From assembly GCA_951406725.2 (NCBI GenBank), contig OX597814.1, positions 48,422,001 through 48,486,000 on the forward strand: DNA of 64,000 bases, read 5' to 3'. The stretch comes from Octopus vulgaris (lineage: Eukaryota). The translations under genes and the position numbers were made by a program. The notes below the pieces were generated by a model, which was given only the letters and a program-made list of their open reading frames with translations, searched no databases and was not told the DNA's origin. Below are positions 1-15,453 of the stretch, piece after piece (the first letter of the stretch is position 1; each line of letters opens with the position of its first letter).

Positions 1-599
1 TGTATGTATACACCCACTTCAATGATTGTCTGCTTTTCTATCCCAACACATAGGAAATATTTGGTTAATTTTTGCATGCACTACAAAAATATTACATTTG
101 AAGATGAAGAAGTCAGTATTGTAATAACTAATTTATTTATGCATTTTTATTTAACTGAACCACAATCGCTACAAAGGAACAATAAAGTTCTTGGTGTGCT
201 TAATAGAAGAAAAATGAAGTCAGTAATTTTATTTTGAAAAGCAGTTTAATAAAGTATATTCCTAACTCCTTTGTTTCACCTTTTGAAATGCTCTCTCACT
301 CCTCAAGTTGAGATCCCTTGATATACATCTATATTTGTTTTGGTTTGTTGAAGCATTAACAAATTTGGGAATTGGCCATTTAAATAAGCTTGAATGCAAA
401 TCAAAGACTATATAATAGATTATAATTCATCAGGTAAAATAAAACTTAGAGGAGGGCAAAAAAAGACAATTATTTTCTGCTGGTAGTGAAAAGGGTAAAA
501 AGAAACAAAGTATATTGATTATAAAACAAAATATTTCAACTTATAGAAAGAAAATCCATTTCAGTGCTTACATGTGATTTTGATTTATCCCAGTTAAAG

Positions 600-1490
600 A
601 GCTCTCTGCTAAATGAAAAGATAAGTGTTGTGTCAGTGGTGCAGTGAAAGCTTTTGCATCCATTAAATTTATAATCATCACAAAAATATAGAAAAGAAGA
701 TGGGCTATAATTGAGTAAATGGAAAAAATTTTTATCATAAGGACTGAGGACAAAATTAAAATAAGAAGAATATTGCTCATCCTTTTAGCAAGCAGAGTCT
801 GTTTCAAACATTGAAAGACTGCACCAATGATACCAATATCAGATTTTTGTAGCAAGTCAGGGATGGTTTAAACATTTAAAAACTGTATCATAATTTCTAT
901 GAGGCAAAGATAAGTGGAAAAGATAACAAGTGTTAATAAAAAATGGTGCAGATGCATTTAAAGAAACATTGCATAATATTATTGTTAGTAAGAGATATTT
1001 GCCAGAACAAATATTTAATGTTGATGAAAGTGGCTCATATTGGAAGTGCACACTTGAATATTCCTTTATTCATCAAGAGCTGAAAGCTTTGCCAGGTTTC
1101 ATGGCATTTAAAGATTGAGTGACTCTTCTTGAGGAAAATGCGGTTGGGTTTAAAACTTATGTCACTTTTTGTTCATCACTGTGAAAAACTCAAGTGCTTT
1201 CAAGAATGTTGGCAAGTACATGCTGCCTGTTACCTTACTACTTCAGTAAAAATGCATGGATGACTAAACAAGTTCTTTGAAGATAGGTCAATAGAAATTT
1301 TTATTCACCAGATAAAGGAATATTGTAATTGTGAGAAAACTTCATTAAAATTTTTTATTTATTTTAAACAATATGAGCCGTATCTCTAGACAATTTGAAT
1401 CTTAATATAAAAGTTGTTTAACTATTTCCAAAAATGATATCTCTAATCTAGCTTATGAATCAAAGACCTATATGTGTATTCAAAGCAGAT
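600..1490 (+). mobile_element. Decayed pogo/Tigger-like DDE transposase fragment
   Basis: Translated pieces YLPEQIFNVDESGSYWK, PGFMAFKD*VTLL and NAWMT resemble Tigger-family motifs (QIFNxDETGLFWK, GFKAxKDRxTL, AWMT). Stops and frameshifts present; boundaries approximate. Confidence 0.75.
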
Positions 1491-1493
1491 TAT

Positions 1494-1778
1494 CATTGTC
1501 ATTTAACGTCTGCTTTCCATGCTAGCATGAGTTGGACGATATGACTGAGGACTGGCAAACCAGATGGCTGCACCAGGCTTCAATCTGATCTGGCAGAGTT
1601 TCTACAGCTGGATGCCCTTCCTAATGCTAACCACTCCGAGAGTGTAGTAGGTGCTTTTATGTGCCACTGGCACGATGGCCAGTCTGGCGGTACTGGCAAT
1701 GGCCACGCTCAAATGGTGCTTTTTACATGCCACCAGCACAGGAGTCAGTCCAGTGGCACTGGCAATGACCTCGGCACA
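1494..1778 (-). mobile_element. 3' tail fragment of abundant RTE-type LINE/SINE family
   Basis: Motifs tttaacgtctgctttccatgctagcatg and ctggatgcccttcctaa recur in many copies across the window and continue into RTE ORF2 at 11.7-12.1 kb. Confidence 0.8.
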
Positions 1779-2887
1779 TATTTTTTTTTTATTTTGTAAA
1801 ACTGATTTTAGAAAACAGACTGTTCAATGAATTTTCTCAATAAACAGATGTCAATTTTGTAAAGTATAATTCTGCTGTAGAGAAAGCCCTCGATGACTCT
1901 ACACTTTAAAATCTAATGAAAAGTAAAGCATTATGTAGTGATCTAAGTTACTTCAAAACACTTCAATTCTTTTTTTGGCACCAAAAGAAGTAGAAGGTTC
2001 ATTTACAATCAGATAATATCTAATGTCTCTGTTTTGTTCAAATTTTCTGCAAATAGCTGATCATCACTTTGAGCTTGTTCTTCTTCAATTTTTAGTCTTG
2101 TTGCACCTCTATGGCAAACAAAAGCTGATATTTTATTCACTAATACTTCGAATTTCATACTCAACTAATTCTTCAGAAAAAATGTCTTTGAAAAATTCTG
2201 TTTGCTTGTTTTCTTTTTAGAAAGAAATAAAACCAGTTCAACATGTTTATTTGTCAAAATTTTGGGGATATGAAAATATTTAAGCTACCTTAGAAATTCC
2301 ATTTGTCTTCTTGAAGAACTATAATTACCCAAGTTTTCTTTTTAGTAACATTACTAAAGTAGTTTCCTTGTGTGAAAGTTTCTTAAAATAAACTTCATAG
2401 AGACTTCAGTGGTCAATGCTCATCATCATCATTTAACATCCATTTTCCATGCTGGCATTGTTGGATGGTATGACAGGAGCTGGTCAGCTGAAGAGTTGCC
2501 TGGGCTCCATGTCTGTTTTGGCATGGTTTCTATAGCTGGATGTCCTTCCTAATGCCAACCACTTTACAAAGTGTACTGGGTGCTTTTATGCAGCACCACC
2601 TCAGGTGGTTTTTATGTGGCACCAGCACCCATAGCCCACAAGATTAAGAACACTCAGCTGAAGAGGAATGCAGGGGATGTACCTGTATGCAAGGATGACC
2701 ACATACTTACTTAAATTGATGTGTCTTCTCAAGCACCATACTTTTTAATTGAAAGTCTCTGTGAATTGAATTACTCTTAATGCTTTAGAGATACATCGTT
2801 TGAGTGTTAAAAGTCTTTCTATAGTACTTAAAAGGCTGTGCCACTTTGTTTTCTAGTCAAGGTTGAGCTTCACTTCTTTAATGTTAA

Positions 2888-3107
2888 CCCTTTCGTTACC
2901 AACCCAGCTGAAACCGGCTCTGGCTCTGAGTACAAATGTCTTGTTTTCATAAGTTTTGAATTAAAATCTTCCACCAAACCTTAGTCACAATTTATGCTCC
3001 TAACACTAGCTGAATGATAACCAAGTTATTTTACTAAATTCTTTGTTATATTTAAAGTAATTGAAAGAAACACAGAGCATCTCAAAATAAATACAGTAAT
3101 GAAAGGG
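2888..3107. mobile_element. piggyBac-type MITE (220 bp)
   Basis: TTAA|CCCTTTCGTTAC ... GTAATGAAAGGG|TTAA: 12-bp TIR with 1 mismatch and TTAA target duplication on both sides. Confidence 0.9.
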
Positions 3108-4993
3108 TTAAATCAGTCTCTAACAAAATAAACTTGAATAAGTTTACTTGAGGCAAGGGAGTTAAAACTAAAGCCATTAAGGGCAACAAATTTTGCAATT
3201 TTTCTTCAATAGATTTTGAAATAAGAAAATTAAGTTAAAGATTTTTGTCTTTTTGCTTCATTCTCATTCATAAAATCAATGGCACTAAATTTATGTACTA
3301 ACAGCTCAGTAATTCAATCACCACAGCACTTCAGTAATTTTTACTCTTTAATCAGCTTCCTCTTCAGTGTCATCTTTTCTTTTTAAAATAGTTTCAGATG
3401 TTTGACTTTTGTGACATTGTATAAAAAACATGATATGTTTATTATGCAATATGCAATCCAAAAAGAAATTATTGAAATATTATCATTCTAATTGAATATT
3501 ACATCTAATACAATACGGACAGAAAAAGCAAACTGGAAATATAAAACATTAAAACATTAAATGTTAGAAGCAATTCACTTGTTATTATACTTAGTTTATA
3601 ATGCATTATATTAAAATGGATTTGTGATTTTAAAATATGTTTTAATTAAAAAATTAGCATTACGTTTCTCCCACTGTAGCTAAGGAGATAAATAACTTTA
3701 GTGATCTCAGGCAACATCTCAGGCAACATCAAGCATGTTGCTTGAACAGATATTGAAGTTTGAAACTTGTTGTGGGTTGAAAGTGTTTTTAGGAAACCTA
3801 ATATTATTGGGAAAAGATACTCTCCTCCAGAATTCTCACTGTTTATGTTGTTTCTGTTCATTCAGGGTAACATGACTATTATAGTGTGTTGAAGAGAGGG
3901 TAATTACAGAGAGTGGAATAAGGGGGGGGGGAAGAGGGAGAAGGAAGGCACACTGGACGAGAGGAAAGAAATAGGAAAGATATTGCATACAGAGTGATGA
4001 GAAATAGTAAAAGAAAGGTGTTTGCAGGTAATGGAGAGAGAGAGCAATTGGTGAATATCTATAGGAATGGTCAGTGTAAGAGAATGCGATGGAGGTCCTC
4101 CACATTCAAGACACAAGTCTCACGGCCATGCAGCTTTGTACACAAGCAGTACACAATGTCCTTCACTTTTGAGGGAGAAAATTCCTTTGTTGCCAGCAAA
4201 TTTAATGGCTTCTTGAGCTTTCTACAGCCATTCTTATACTGGCTATTACACTTTTGAACCCACCCCCATTGCTAGTTAGGTCACCTTAATAACAAAAGCT
4301 TTCAACTACTGTTTGGTAGCTGTTCAGGCATTTGAAAGAATCTATTTCCTGAATGCTGCTTGTGCTTTTTGTCCTAAAGCACCTGCTGCATATAAAATCT
4401 GCCTTCTCTGTTAGCCTACCTATGTGTTTGCAATGAGCATGTTGGAATATTAAATTACTGTTGTGTTAACAGTGTTTCAATGAAACACAACACTATTTAT
4501 ACACCAGTAATTTAATATTAGCTGCCAAGAAAGTGTTAAATATGCAAATCAGTCTATCCAGTTTACTTTAGCCACTATTATCAATTGGTTTATAAACAGT
4601 GGATAGTTAGGAAAGTGCCCAGCTGTTTTTTTTCTGTTCTACCCATGAACATATTGTGTGTGTAGACCTAATGCATATTTTTTTTGTAATATACAGTGTG
4701 CACTAAAAATCTGCTGATATGTTCTATATACATTATATGAATTTATAAACTTTCAAGAGAATGTGAAATAATTCTTTTTTGGAATATTGACTCTTAAGGC
4801 ACATCTTCTAAAGCTATTAATAATAGCATGTAAATATTGGGTTGAAAAACTCCTGATAGAAAAAGTTGAAGAAAGCCTTGAACTTTATCTATCCCAAAAG
4901 GGTTTTTTTTTAAACATAATATTTACATGCTATTATTAATAACCTTAAGTGATGTGCCTTAAGAGCCAATATTCTGAAAAAAGATGCACACAT

Positions 4994-4994
<1 letters not shown>

Positions 4995-5072
<78 letters not shown>
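4995..5072. repeat. (CA)n microsatellite
   Basis: Pure CA run of about 78 bp. Confidence 0.95.
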
Positions 5073-5073
<1 letters not shown>

Positions 5074-6166
5074 TATAAACATTCCTATATGTATATGATT
5101 ATATACACATTTATAAAAATGCGTGTGTGTATACTCATCTATCAGCATAGGTGAGACTTGAAGTCCTCTAATCAACTTGTTTTTCACTGTGAAAATGTGT
5201 GTGTGTGTGTGCGTGCGTGTTCGCATGTGTTTATATAATCAGTATGAGGTTAGTTATAACCCAGGAATAAGTCAATGAATTTCTCTCATTGACACTTTTT
5301 GTTGACTGACTTACAGAGGTCTATTGATCAGCACTCCTATTTCTTTCTTTTTCTGTTTTAGACCAGTTACTCTTTTTCAGTGTGAATTGCTCTAGGAAGG
5401 GAAGCTAACTTTTACAGTTCTATCATAGATTTATAAATTTAAAATATGTGTATCTGCATATTTGCACATAAATAAAGACCTACACACAGACAAGCATAAA
5501 TCTATACCTAATAGAGACTTCTATAGGATTGCTTGACTTGCTACAAATAACAACTTACACTTCTTCACATCATACTCTTTAAAAAAAAAACCCAACAAAA
5601 TGGTCATGGTTGGAGCACTTTTGATCTCAGGTTTCCTTAATTGGGACTGGTGATATTGCAAAACAGTAGTAAGAATATCATATCTATAGTGCATATGCAC
5701 ATAGAGACAGAATGTATGTACTTCATATTATTATATACATATGGTGATACACATATAAGCATGTGTTTGTATAAGTATATGATAGACATGCATCTTTATA
5801 TACTTATTTATATATGTATATATGTAAACCAGATATTTTATGTATTCATACAAATACATATATACCTGGAAGAGGTTTTTGGGTAGTTTGGTATCTTTGT
5901 TATTCTTCTGCAATAAATTAGTAATTTTTTTCTTCTTTTTAGTTAAGCGATTTTGTGAAGCTTTGCTAGTGTCGGGTTACAGAGTTGGTTCTTTATTAGC
6001 ACTAAAAATACTTAGTTTACGTTGCACTAAAAACAATCAATTTAATTAATTCTAAAATTAATATGATGTATTATTAGTTTTAATACTGTTAACAGATAAT
6101 GTGATAATGATCTTATGTTGATTGGTTGTTTTACTTGTTTGCATTTCAGGTGGTTAATAGCAACTG

Positions 6167-6550
6167 ATGTCCTCAGTGGAGGAGGCCAAGCAGCAGTCAC
6201 AAATCAAGACTGCCCAAACTACACCCACTAATCGACCTTCAGATGCAACCAGTGCTGCCAGCAGCTGTGTAGTTGATGACAACTCTGACCTAGTGCCACA
6301 GCAGCAGCAGCGGCAGAAGCGGCAGAAAGCAAAAGCTTCTGCTGATGGTGACAACAGGAAAGCAGAAACTATTGTTGCCATGGAAGCAGGCAGCAACCTT
6401 ACTGAAAATGTCATTCATGTGATTAGCCCTACTGCTGTGGTCGCTGCATCTGTTGACTCTTCAACCAATAGTGCTGTCACAGTTACACCCAGTGTTCACA
6501 CCATCACTATATCTGGTAACAATTTGTCAATTCCATTCAGTTCTTCATTG
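6167..6550 (+). CDS. NR2C/Hr78: NR2C/NR2D (TR2/TR4, Hr78-like) nuclear receptor, first coding exon (A/B region, 128 aa)
   Basis: Acceptor tttgcatttcag|G at 6149/6150. In-frame TAG at 6158 precedes ATG 6167. Non-repetitive open frame MSSVEEAKQQ...IPFSSSL ends at donor TTG|gtaaga (6551), phase 0. Assignment to this gene is by strand and phase compatibility. Confidence 0.8.
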
Positions 6551-7017
6551 GTAAGATATTTTCATGTTTTTTTCCTCCTTTCTTTCATTTCATTGTTATT
6601 TTTATCGCTTCAAAAATGAAAAAAGAATATTTCAATTCATTCAACTCATCCTCTGCAACTTTTCCCCCTGGGATATATGTTTTGTGACATACATTTGTTA
6701 CACTCTTCTGCCTTTGTTACACATATGTATTTCACTCCTTTTCTTTTTTATTTTTTTACACATGTTTGTCAGGAATTACTAATCACTGGGTTATGCATCC
6801 AATTTGGATTCATTCGGAGTATTGTTGATGCTTTAGACAAACATTGTTATCAGTGTTGTTTATTTTAGTGTTTCTCCTAATTCCATGTGTGACATTAATG
6901 GCTACATTTATAGCATTAAAACAAATTGACATTACCCAGCAGTTTTAACTCTGATTTTTGCTCACACTTACAAATAATCCAAAAACATACACATACATAC
7001 ATACATGCAACGTGCGT

Positions 7018-7049
<32 letters not shown>

Positions 7050-8297
7050 GGTCAGGGTGTTAGGCTGGGGAGGTTAGGTCGGGTGAAACATCAACATACA
7101 TTTCACTTATGCAAATGTTGCCTGAAGTTTATTGATTACTATATACCCATTGCTATGAAGAACAAATATGCAAGCCTTCTTCGTTTAATGAGTTAAATAT
7201 AGTTGTTGTAGGGATGTTAAACAAGCTCCATGGGGGTTTGTTTATTTTTTTCATTTAGTCACTCTCTCTTTCTCTTTCTCTTCCATCTCACTCCTGCTCT
7301 CTCTCTCTCATACAACTCTTTCCAATGGAAGGATTTTTCCATTATTTTGGAAGTCTTCATTGGCACTTTCATTCTCAGTTCTGCAATAATCAACAGCTGT
7401 TAATTTTGGCATATTTTAAATGCTTTTTCTCATTGTATTTTACTTAATTATCCTTTAAAAAGACAAGAAAAACTTAACTGTGTCTGTGATTCCTTTTATT
7501 TAATCATTTAGAATAGAAGAGCTCTTTTTTTTTTTAAAAAAAAAAAGAAAAAACTTTTGCCTTAGTATTAGTAGATATTAACAACACAACGTCTGTAAGG
7601 TTAATAGTCTCAATTTGGCGACATTGTACTATTATAGGAAAGTTTGGCAATTAGTAACTAAATATTTGCAAATAATCTTAAGATAATTAATAGTAAGCCG
7701 ATTGAGAAAATTAATAATACATCTTGATGGTAATTGCTAATTTGCCACATAGCTTGATTATTTCATTAATTTACTTTTTGTTTACTTTTAACCTCAGCAA
7801 AATATTGCAATTATTTTTTTCACATTAAAAAGTATAAGAGTATTTAAAAAATAACTATTATGATAAGTGTTAGCATGCGACTTAGCTGTATGTATACTTG
7901 CATACATGCATACATATGTATGTATATACATGTATACAAAAGATTAACTTGACTATATTAGTAGAATATTTTTTAATTGTTATTTTTTACTTTTTTTTAA
8001 TATTCTGTTTTTATTTAGCAACATATTTTTACTGGAATAAAAGAAAAAAAGAAAACATTAAAAATATAAAAGATTGAGTTATTGTTTTTTCTCAATAATT
8101 TGATTTTTTATATAATTTTTTTTTTTGTTTTGTTTTGTCCTGTAAAAAATATGTTGCTAAATAAAAACAGAATTTTACTAATTATTCATTAAAGTATTGT
8201 TTATAAGTTTACCGTTTTCAAATTTCTAAAGCATGCTTTTGCAAAAGCATCATGGAAATATTGGGATCAATTTAACCATGTCTGTTACTTATTGCAG

Positions 8298-8441
8298 GCC
8301 TCCTCCACCCCCAATGGTACCCATATGGTTATGTCTCAAGAAATAGCTGCAAAATTGAAGGATAGCACACTTCCTGCTGGCCAGATTGTACAGGTGCCTG
8401 CAGCCGCTGTAACTGGTGTAGATTGGGCTAACAAGCTTAAG
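8298..8441 (+). CDS. NR2C/Hr78: NR2C/Hr78-like coding exon 2 (48 aa: ASSTPNGTHMVMSQEIAAKLKDSTLPAGQIVQVPAAAVTGVDWANKLK)
   Basis: Acceptor acttattgcag|GCC, 144 nt open frame, donor AAG|gtgggt. GC-richer island in an AT-rich intron. Phase 0-0 fits both neighbours. Not in the ORF track because it is too short. Confidence 0.8.
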
Positions 8442-8720
8442 GTGGGTTATTTCACTTAAGAATCCTCTTCATCCAGCCTTTGGTTTCTAGGAAAGCAATG
8501 TCACTTACTATGTTTAAATTTTACACAGGATATTACTAAGTCATGTATATACAAACTTGTGCCACAAGATTGGCCATATTATTTATTAGACCTTGAATCA
8601 AAGCTTTAACAATTTACAGATTTTTACCTAAATGATGGGGAAATTTATCTGCATGTTTATTTTCTAGATGGGAGTTGTAATATGAAACTACTCCAGGTAG
8701 CCAATGGCTGTACTTATAAA

Positions 8721-9110
8721 TCTATATATATAAAGCTGAATTTGTCTGTGTATGGCAGGTTTAGTAGCCTTCAACTAACACTCTCTCCTTCGAGACCCTG
8801 CGGCGCAAGTTGACCAAAATTAAGCGTATGATAGAAGAAGGCTTGCTCTTCATTCCCTAGAAGATAAAATTCAAATCGGACCATGTTAAGACCAAAATTT
8901 ATTTACATCAAAATGGTGCTTTTTTTCTATGAAAATCCCCATTTTTTACGCTCTTTTGACTGCTGTGTCGCCATTTTTCGATATATTTCAACCAGAAAAA
9001 TGTTCACTTAAAGAGAATAACAAGCTACATAATGCAAAATTTTTACTTTTCAAAAATTCCAATTCTGAAGGGTCGAAACAAACTCGAGCAACACCGGGCG
9101 ATACTGCTAG
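8721..9110 (+). mobile_element. Non-autonomous Helitron (copy 1)
   Basis: A|TCTATATATATAAAG 5' end and GC-rich subterminal segment then CTAG|T 3' end. Inserted in an AT dinucleotide with no TSD. Second copy at 15951-16335. Confidence 0.8.
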
Positions 9111-10633
9111 TGTATGAATAAAATTAACAATCAGCATTATAATGTAATAATTCTAAAAACTTAACTCTAAATATTTTCAATAGAACACTTTCTTAACCTT
9201 AAACTAAGTATTTGTTTAAACATTCTTAATAGTTAATTACCAAATCTATTCCATTTTATATGAAATAATTTCATTTTCTGTCATTGCCTTAAAGGGCAAA
9301 AATTAAGATTAAACATTTTTTTAAATCATAAAATCATTGTTAAAACTAAAGTAAACTCTATTAGATTCTATGCAGCTATTTCTTTAACTACTAAACTAGG
9401 TAAATTTTACATTTTATCTCTGTTTTATTTTTTAAAAAGAAAAATTTAGAAAAAGCATTAACATTTTGTTGTTACATTTAAGTCTATTTATCATTGCTAG
9501 CATGGGTTAGAAAATATATTATTGAGATATTGTTTTACAACTGGATGTCTTTCCTGTCACTAACACTTACCTGTTTTCCGTATAGGGATCACCTATTTCA
9601 TATCTTCAAATATACAAAATCAGGGGCAAAGAAAATAATGCCACTGCTTATGGCTCAGTGATTTTCAGAAGAGTGAAAATATAATGAAATACACAGATAC
9701 ACATGTGTGATACAGATTCATACACATCTATATACATGGATAATAAATGAAAAATGTATGGTCATCATCATCATCATCATCGTTTAACGTCCGTTCTCTA
9801 TGCTAGCATGGGTTGGACGGTTCGACCGGGGATCTGGGAAGCCAGGAGGCTGCACCAGGCTCCAGTCTGATCTGGCAGTGTTTCTACAGCTGGATGTCCT
9901 TCCTAACGCCAGGTTACCCTTCCTAACGCCAAGCCCTTCCTAATAAACAAATGACATAATGTATAATGAGTGTACAACCAGACAGGAGTCAAACACAGAA
10001 GGCCCCTAATATTTCATCAGTTATCAACCAATTGGTAATACTCAGTTTCGCATAATACACAACAAATTTGTGCAAACATATATCTATATGTGGATGTGTG
10101 TGTGTGCATGTACATATAAGTGGAAGTAGATTGTGCTAGGAATGTGACAAATTACTATATAAGATTGCAACTTTGAATAGCATCCAAATTAAACTCCCAC
10201 CGCTATGTTAACTGGCAGAGGAACATGCATGCTGTATAAAGTTATTACATAGTATAAAGAGCACATGTAGTATGACAGAAAAACAGAAAACAAATTTTAT
10301 TTATTATTTTATTTATCACATATCCATTATAGTTGTTTCAACTTATCAAGATCAATGAATAATTACAAATTACAACTTATAACTGACTAAATGGATCATG
10401 GATTGCATCTTCAGATAGTGCGGTTCCCCAGCATTGGCTGCAGCCTCAAGGCTGAAACATATGGCGTTAGGAAGGGCATCCAGCTGTAGAAACACTGCCA
10501 GATCAGACTGGGCCTGGTGCAGCCTTCTGGCTTCCCAGACCCCAATTGAACCGTCCAACCCATGCCAGCATGGAAAGTGGACGTTAACTGATGATGATGA
10601 TGATATATATATCTTATATATATATATATATAT

Positions 10634-11040
10634 AGGCATGACTGTGTGGTAAGTAGCTTGCTTACCAACCACATGGTTTCGGGTTCAGTCCCACTCTGTG
10701 GCACTTTGGTCAAGTGTCTTCTACTATAGCCTGGGGCTGAAAAAAGCCTTGTGAGTGGATTTGGTAGATGGAAACTGAAAGAAGCCTATCATATACATAC
10801 ATACATGCTTACATATATATAATGTGTGTGTGTGTGTGTGGTATGTATGTGTTTGTCCCCTCACCATCGCTTGACAACAGATGTTGATGTGTTTACGTGT
10901 CCATAACATAGCGGTTCAGCAAAAGGAACCGATAGAATAAGTACAAGGCTTACAAAGAATAAGTCTTGGAGTTGATTTATTCAACTAAAAGGTAGTGATC
11001 CAGCATGGCCACAGTTAAATGACTGCAACAAGGAAAAGAA
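10634..11040 (+). mobile_element. tRNA-derived SINE family A
   Basis: Head with A-box-like TGACTGTGTGG and B-box GGTTCAGTCC, internal (TA)/(TG) microsatellite, tail ...CCAGCATGGCCACAG...AAAAGAA. Multiple copies in window. Confidence 0.85.
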
Positions 11041-11077
11041 TAACAGAAGAAAATAATATATATATATTATATATATA

Positions 11078-12157
11078 TCATCATCATCATCTTCATTGTC
11101 GTTTAACATCTGCTTTCCATGCTGGCATAGATTGGACGGTCTGACTGAGGACTAGTAAGCAAGAGGCTGCACCAGGCTCAATCTAATCTGGCAAAGTTTC
11201 TACAACTGGATGCCCTTCCCAATGCCAAACACTCCGAGAGTGTAGTGGGTGCTTTTACGTGTCACCGGTGCGAGGGCCAGTCAGGCAGCTCTGGCAATGA
11301 CCACGCTGAAAAGGAGTTTTTTCTCCCCTGCACAGGAGCCAGTACAGCAGGACAGGCAACAACCATGTTCAAATGTTTTTCATGTGCCACCAGCACATGT
11401 GCTGGTAAAGCGACGCTGGCAATGATCACGCTCGAATGGTGCTTTTCACGTGACATTAGAACAGGAGCCAATCCGTGGCCCTGTCAACAATCATACTCAG
11501 ATGGGCTTTTAATGTTCCACAGTGCCAATGAGGCGGTACTGTCATTGGCCACATCAGCAATTTTGATTTTGATTTCACTTGCCTCAGTAGGTCTTCACAA
11601 GCAAGGTTTATTGTCCAATGAATGAGGAGTATTCATAAATGGGCTGGTTACATCCACTGGCATAAGCCATGGGCTATGGTCTCACTGGGCTTGTCGGGTC
11701 TTCTCAAGCACAGGATATCTCCAAAGGTCCTGGTCACTAGTCATTGCCTCCGGTAAGGCCCAATGTTCGAAGGTTGTGCTTCACCACCTCATCCCAGGTT
11801 TTCCTGGATCTACCTCTTCCACAGGTTCCCCCAACTGCTAGGGTGTGACACTTTTTCACACAGCTGTCCTCATTCATTTGCAACACATGAACATACCAGC
11901 GCAGTTGTCTCTCTTGCACACCACATCTGATGCTTCTTAAATCCAACTTTTCTCTCATGGCGCTTACACTGTGTTGTGTATGCACACTGACATTACACAT
12001 CCAGCGGAGCATACTCGCTTCATTCCTTGTAAGCTTATGGATGTCCTCAGCAGTCATGGCCTATGTTTCACTGCCATGTAGCATGCCTGTTCATAAACAT
12101 GCATCATAATCTACCTCTCGCTCTGAGCAAGAGGTCTTTTGTTGCCAGCAGATGTAG
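11078..12157 (-). mobile_element. 5'-truncated RTE-clade LINE (ORF2 C-terminus + 3' UTR + (GAT)n tail)
   Basis: ORF 11737-12057(-) EASMLRWMCNVS...GRGRSRKTWDEVVKHNLRTLGL is typical of an RTE ORF2 C-terminus; ends in GAT repeats. Confidence 0.85.
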
Positions 12158-12381
12158 GAGCATGTATATATATATCTTTTACCTGTTTCAGTCATTTGAC
12201 TGCAGACATGCTGGAGCACTACCTTTAGTCGAGCAAATCGACCCCAGGACTTATTCTTTGTAAGCCTAGTACTTATTCCATCGGTCTCTTTTGCTGAACC
12301 GCTAAGTTACGGGGACATAAACACGCCAGCATTGGTTGTCAAGCAATGCTAGGAGGACAAACACAGACACACAAACATACG

Positions 12382-12430
<49 letters not shown>

Positions 12431-12431
12431 G

Positions 12432-12484
12432 GAGCTTCTACAGGACTAGTACTGTTTCATTCAAGAGAAATCTTCAGGAAGCTC
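12432..12484 (-). ncRNA. Type I hammerhead ribozyme (Penelope-like element type), intact copy
   Basis: Minus strand reads GAGCUUC-CUGAAGA-U UUC UCUU GAA U-GAA-ACAG UACUAGUC CUGU-A-GAAGCUC: 7-bp stem I, CUGANGA and GAAA core, short stem II, 4-bp stem III, GUA cleavage triplet. Confidence 0.75.
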
Positions 12485-12485
12485 A

Positions 12486-12537
12486 GAGCTTCCTGAAGAT
12501 TTCTCTTGAATGAAACAGTACTAGTCCTGTAGAACTC
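12486..12537 (+). ncRNA. Type I hammerhead ribozyme, inverted twin (1-nt deletion in stem I)
   Basis: Same sequence on the + strand except GAACTC in place of GAAGCTC. Confidence 0.65.
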
Positions 12538-12859
12538 CTTCTATATAATAAATTAATTTTACTCTGCTATGTATTGAGTACCTTACTTACTGTGGTTAAC
12601 CCCGAATCAACCCGGGACCTACATATATATATATATATATATACGATGGGCTTCTTTGAGTTTCCGTCTACCAAATCCACTCACAAGGCTTTGGTTGGCC
12701 CGAGGCTATAGTGGAAGACACTTGCCCAAGATGCCACACAGTGGGACTGAACCCGGAGCCATATGGTTGATAAGCAAGTCACTTACCACACAGCCACTCC
12801 TGAACCTAAAATATATATATATATATTTTATATATATATTTTATATATATATATATATA

Positions 12860-15450
<2,591 letters not shown>

Positions 15451-15453
15451 TTA

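Larger units (their letters stand above)
12175..12801 (-). mobile_element. SINE family A copy interrupted in its (TA)n by a hairpin/hammerhead insert
   Basis: Tail 12175-12392 and head 12643-12801 match the intact copies at 32873-33283 and 62088-62500. Confidence 0.85.

Noticed and set aside
6154-6414. Antisense ORF overlapping exon 1
   Set aside because: It is a shadow of the sense coding exon with no independent support.
7048-7084. G-quadruplex-like G runs
   Set aside because: Irregular runs and long loops; weak and unsupported.
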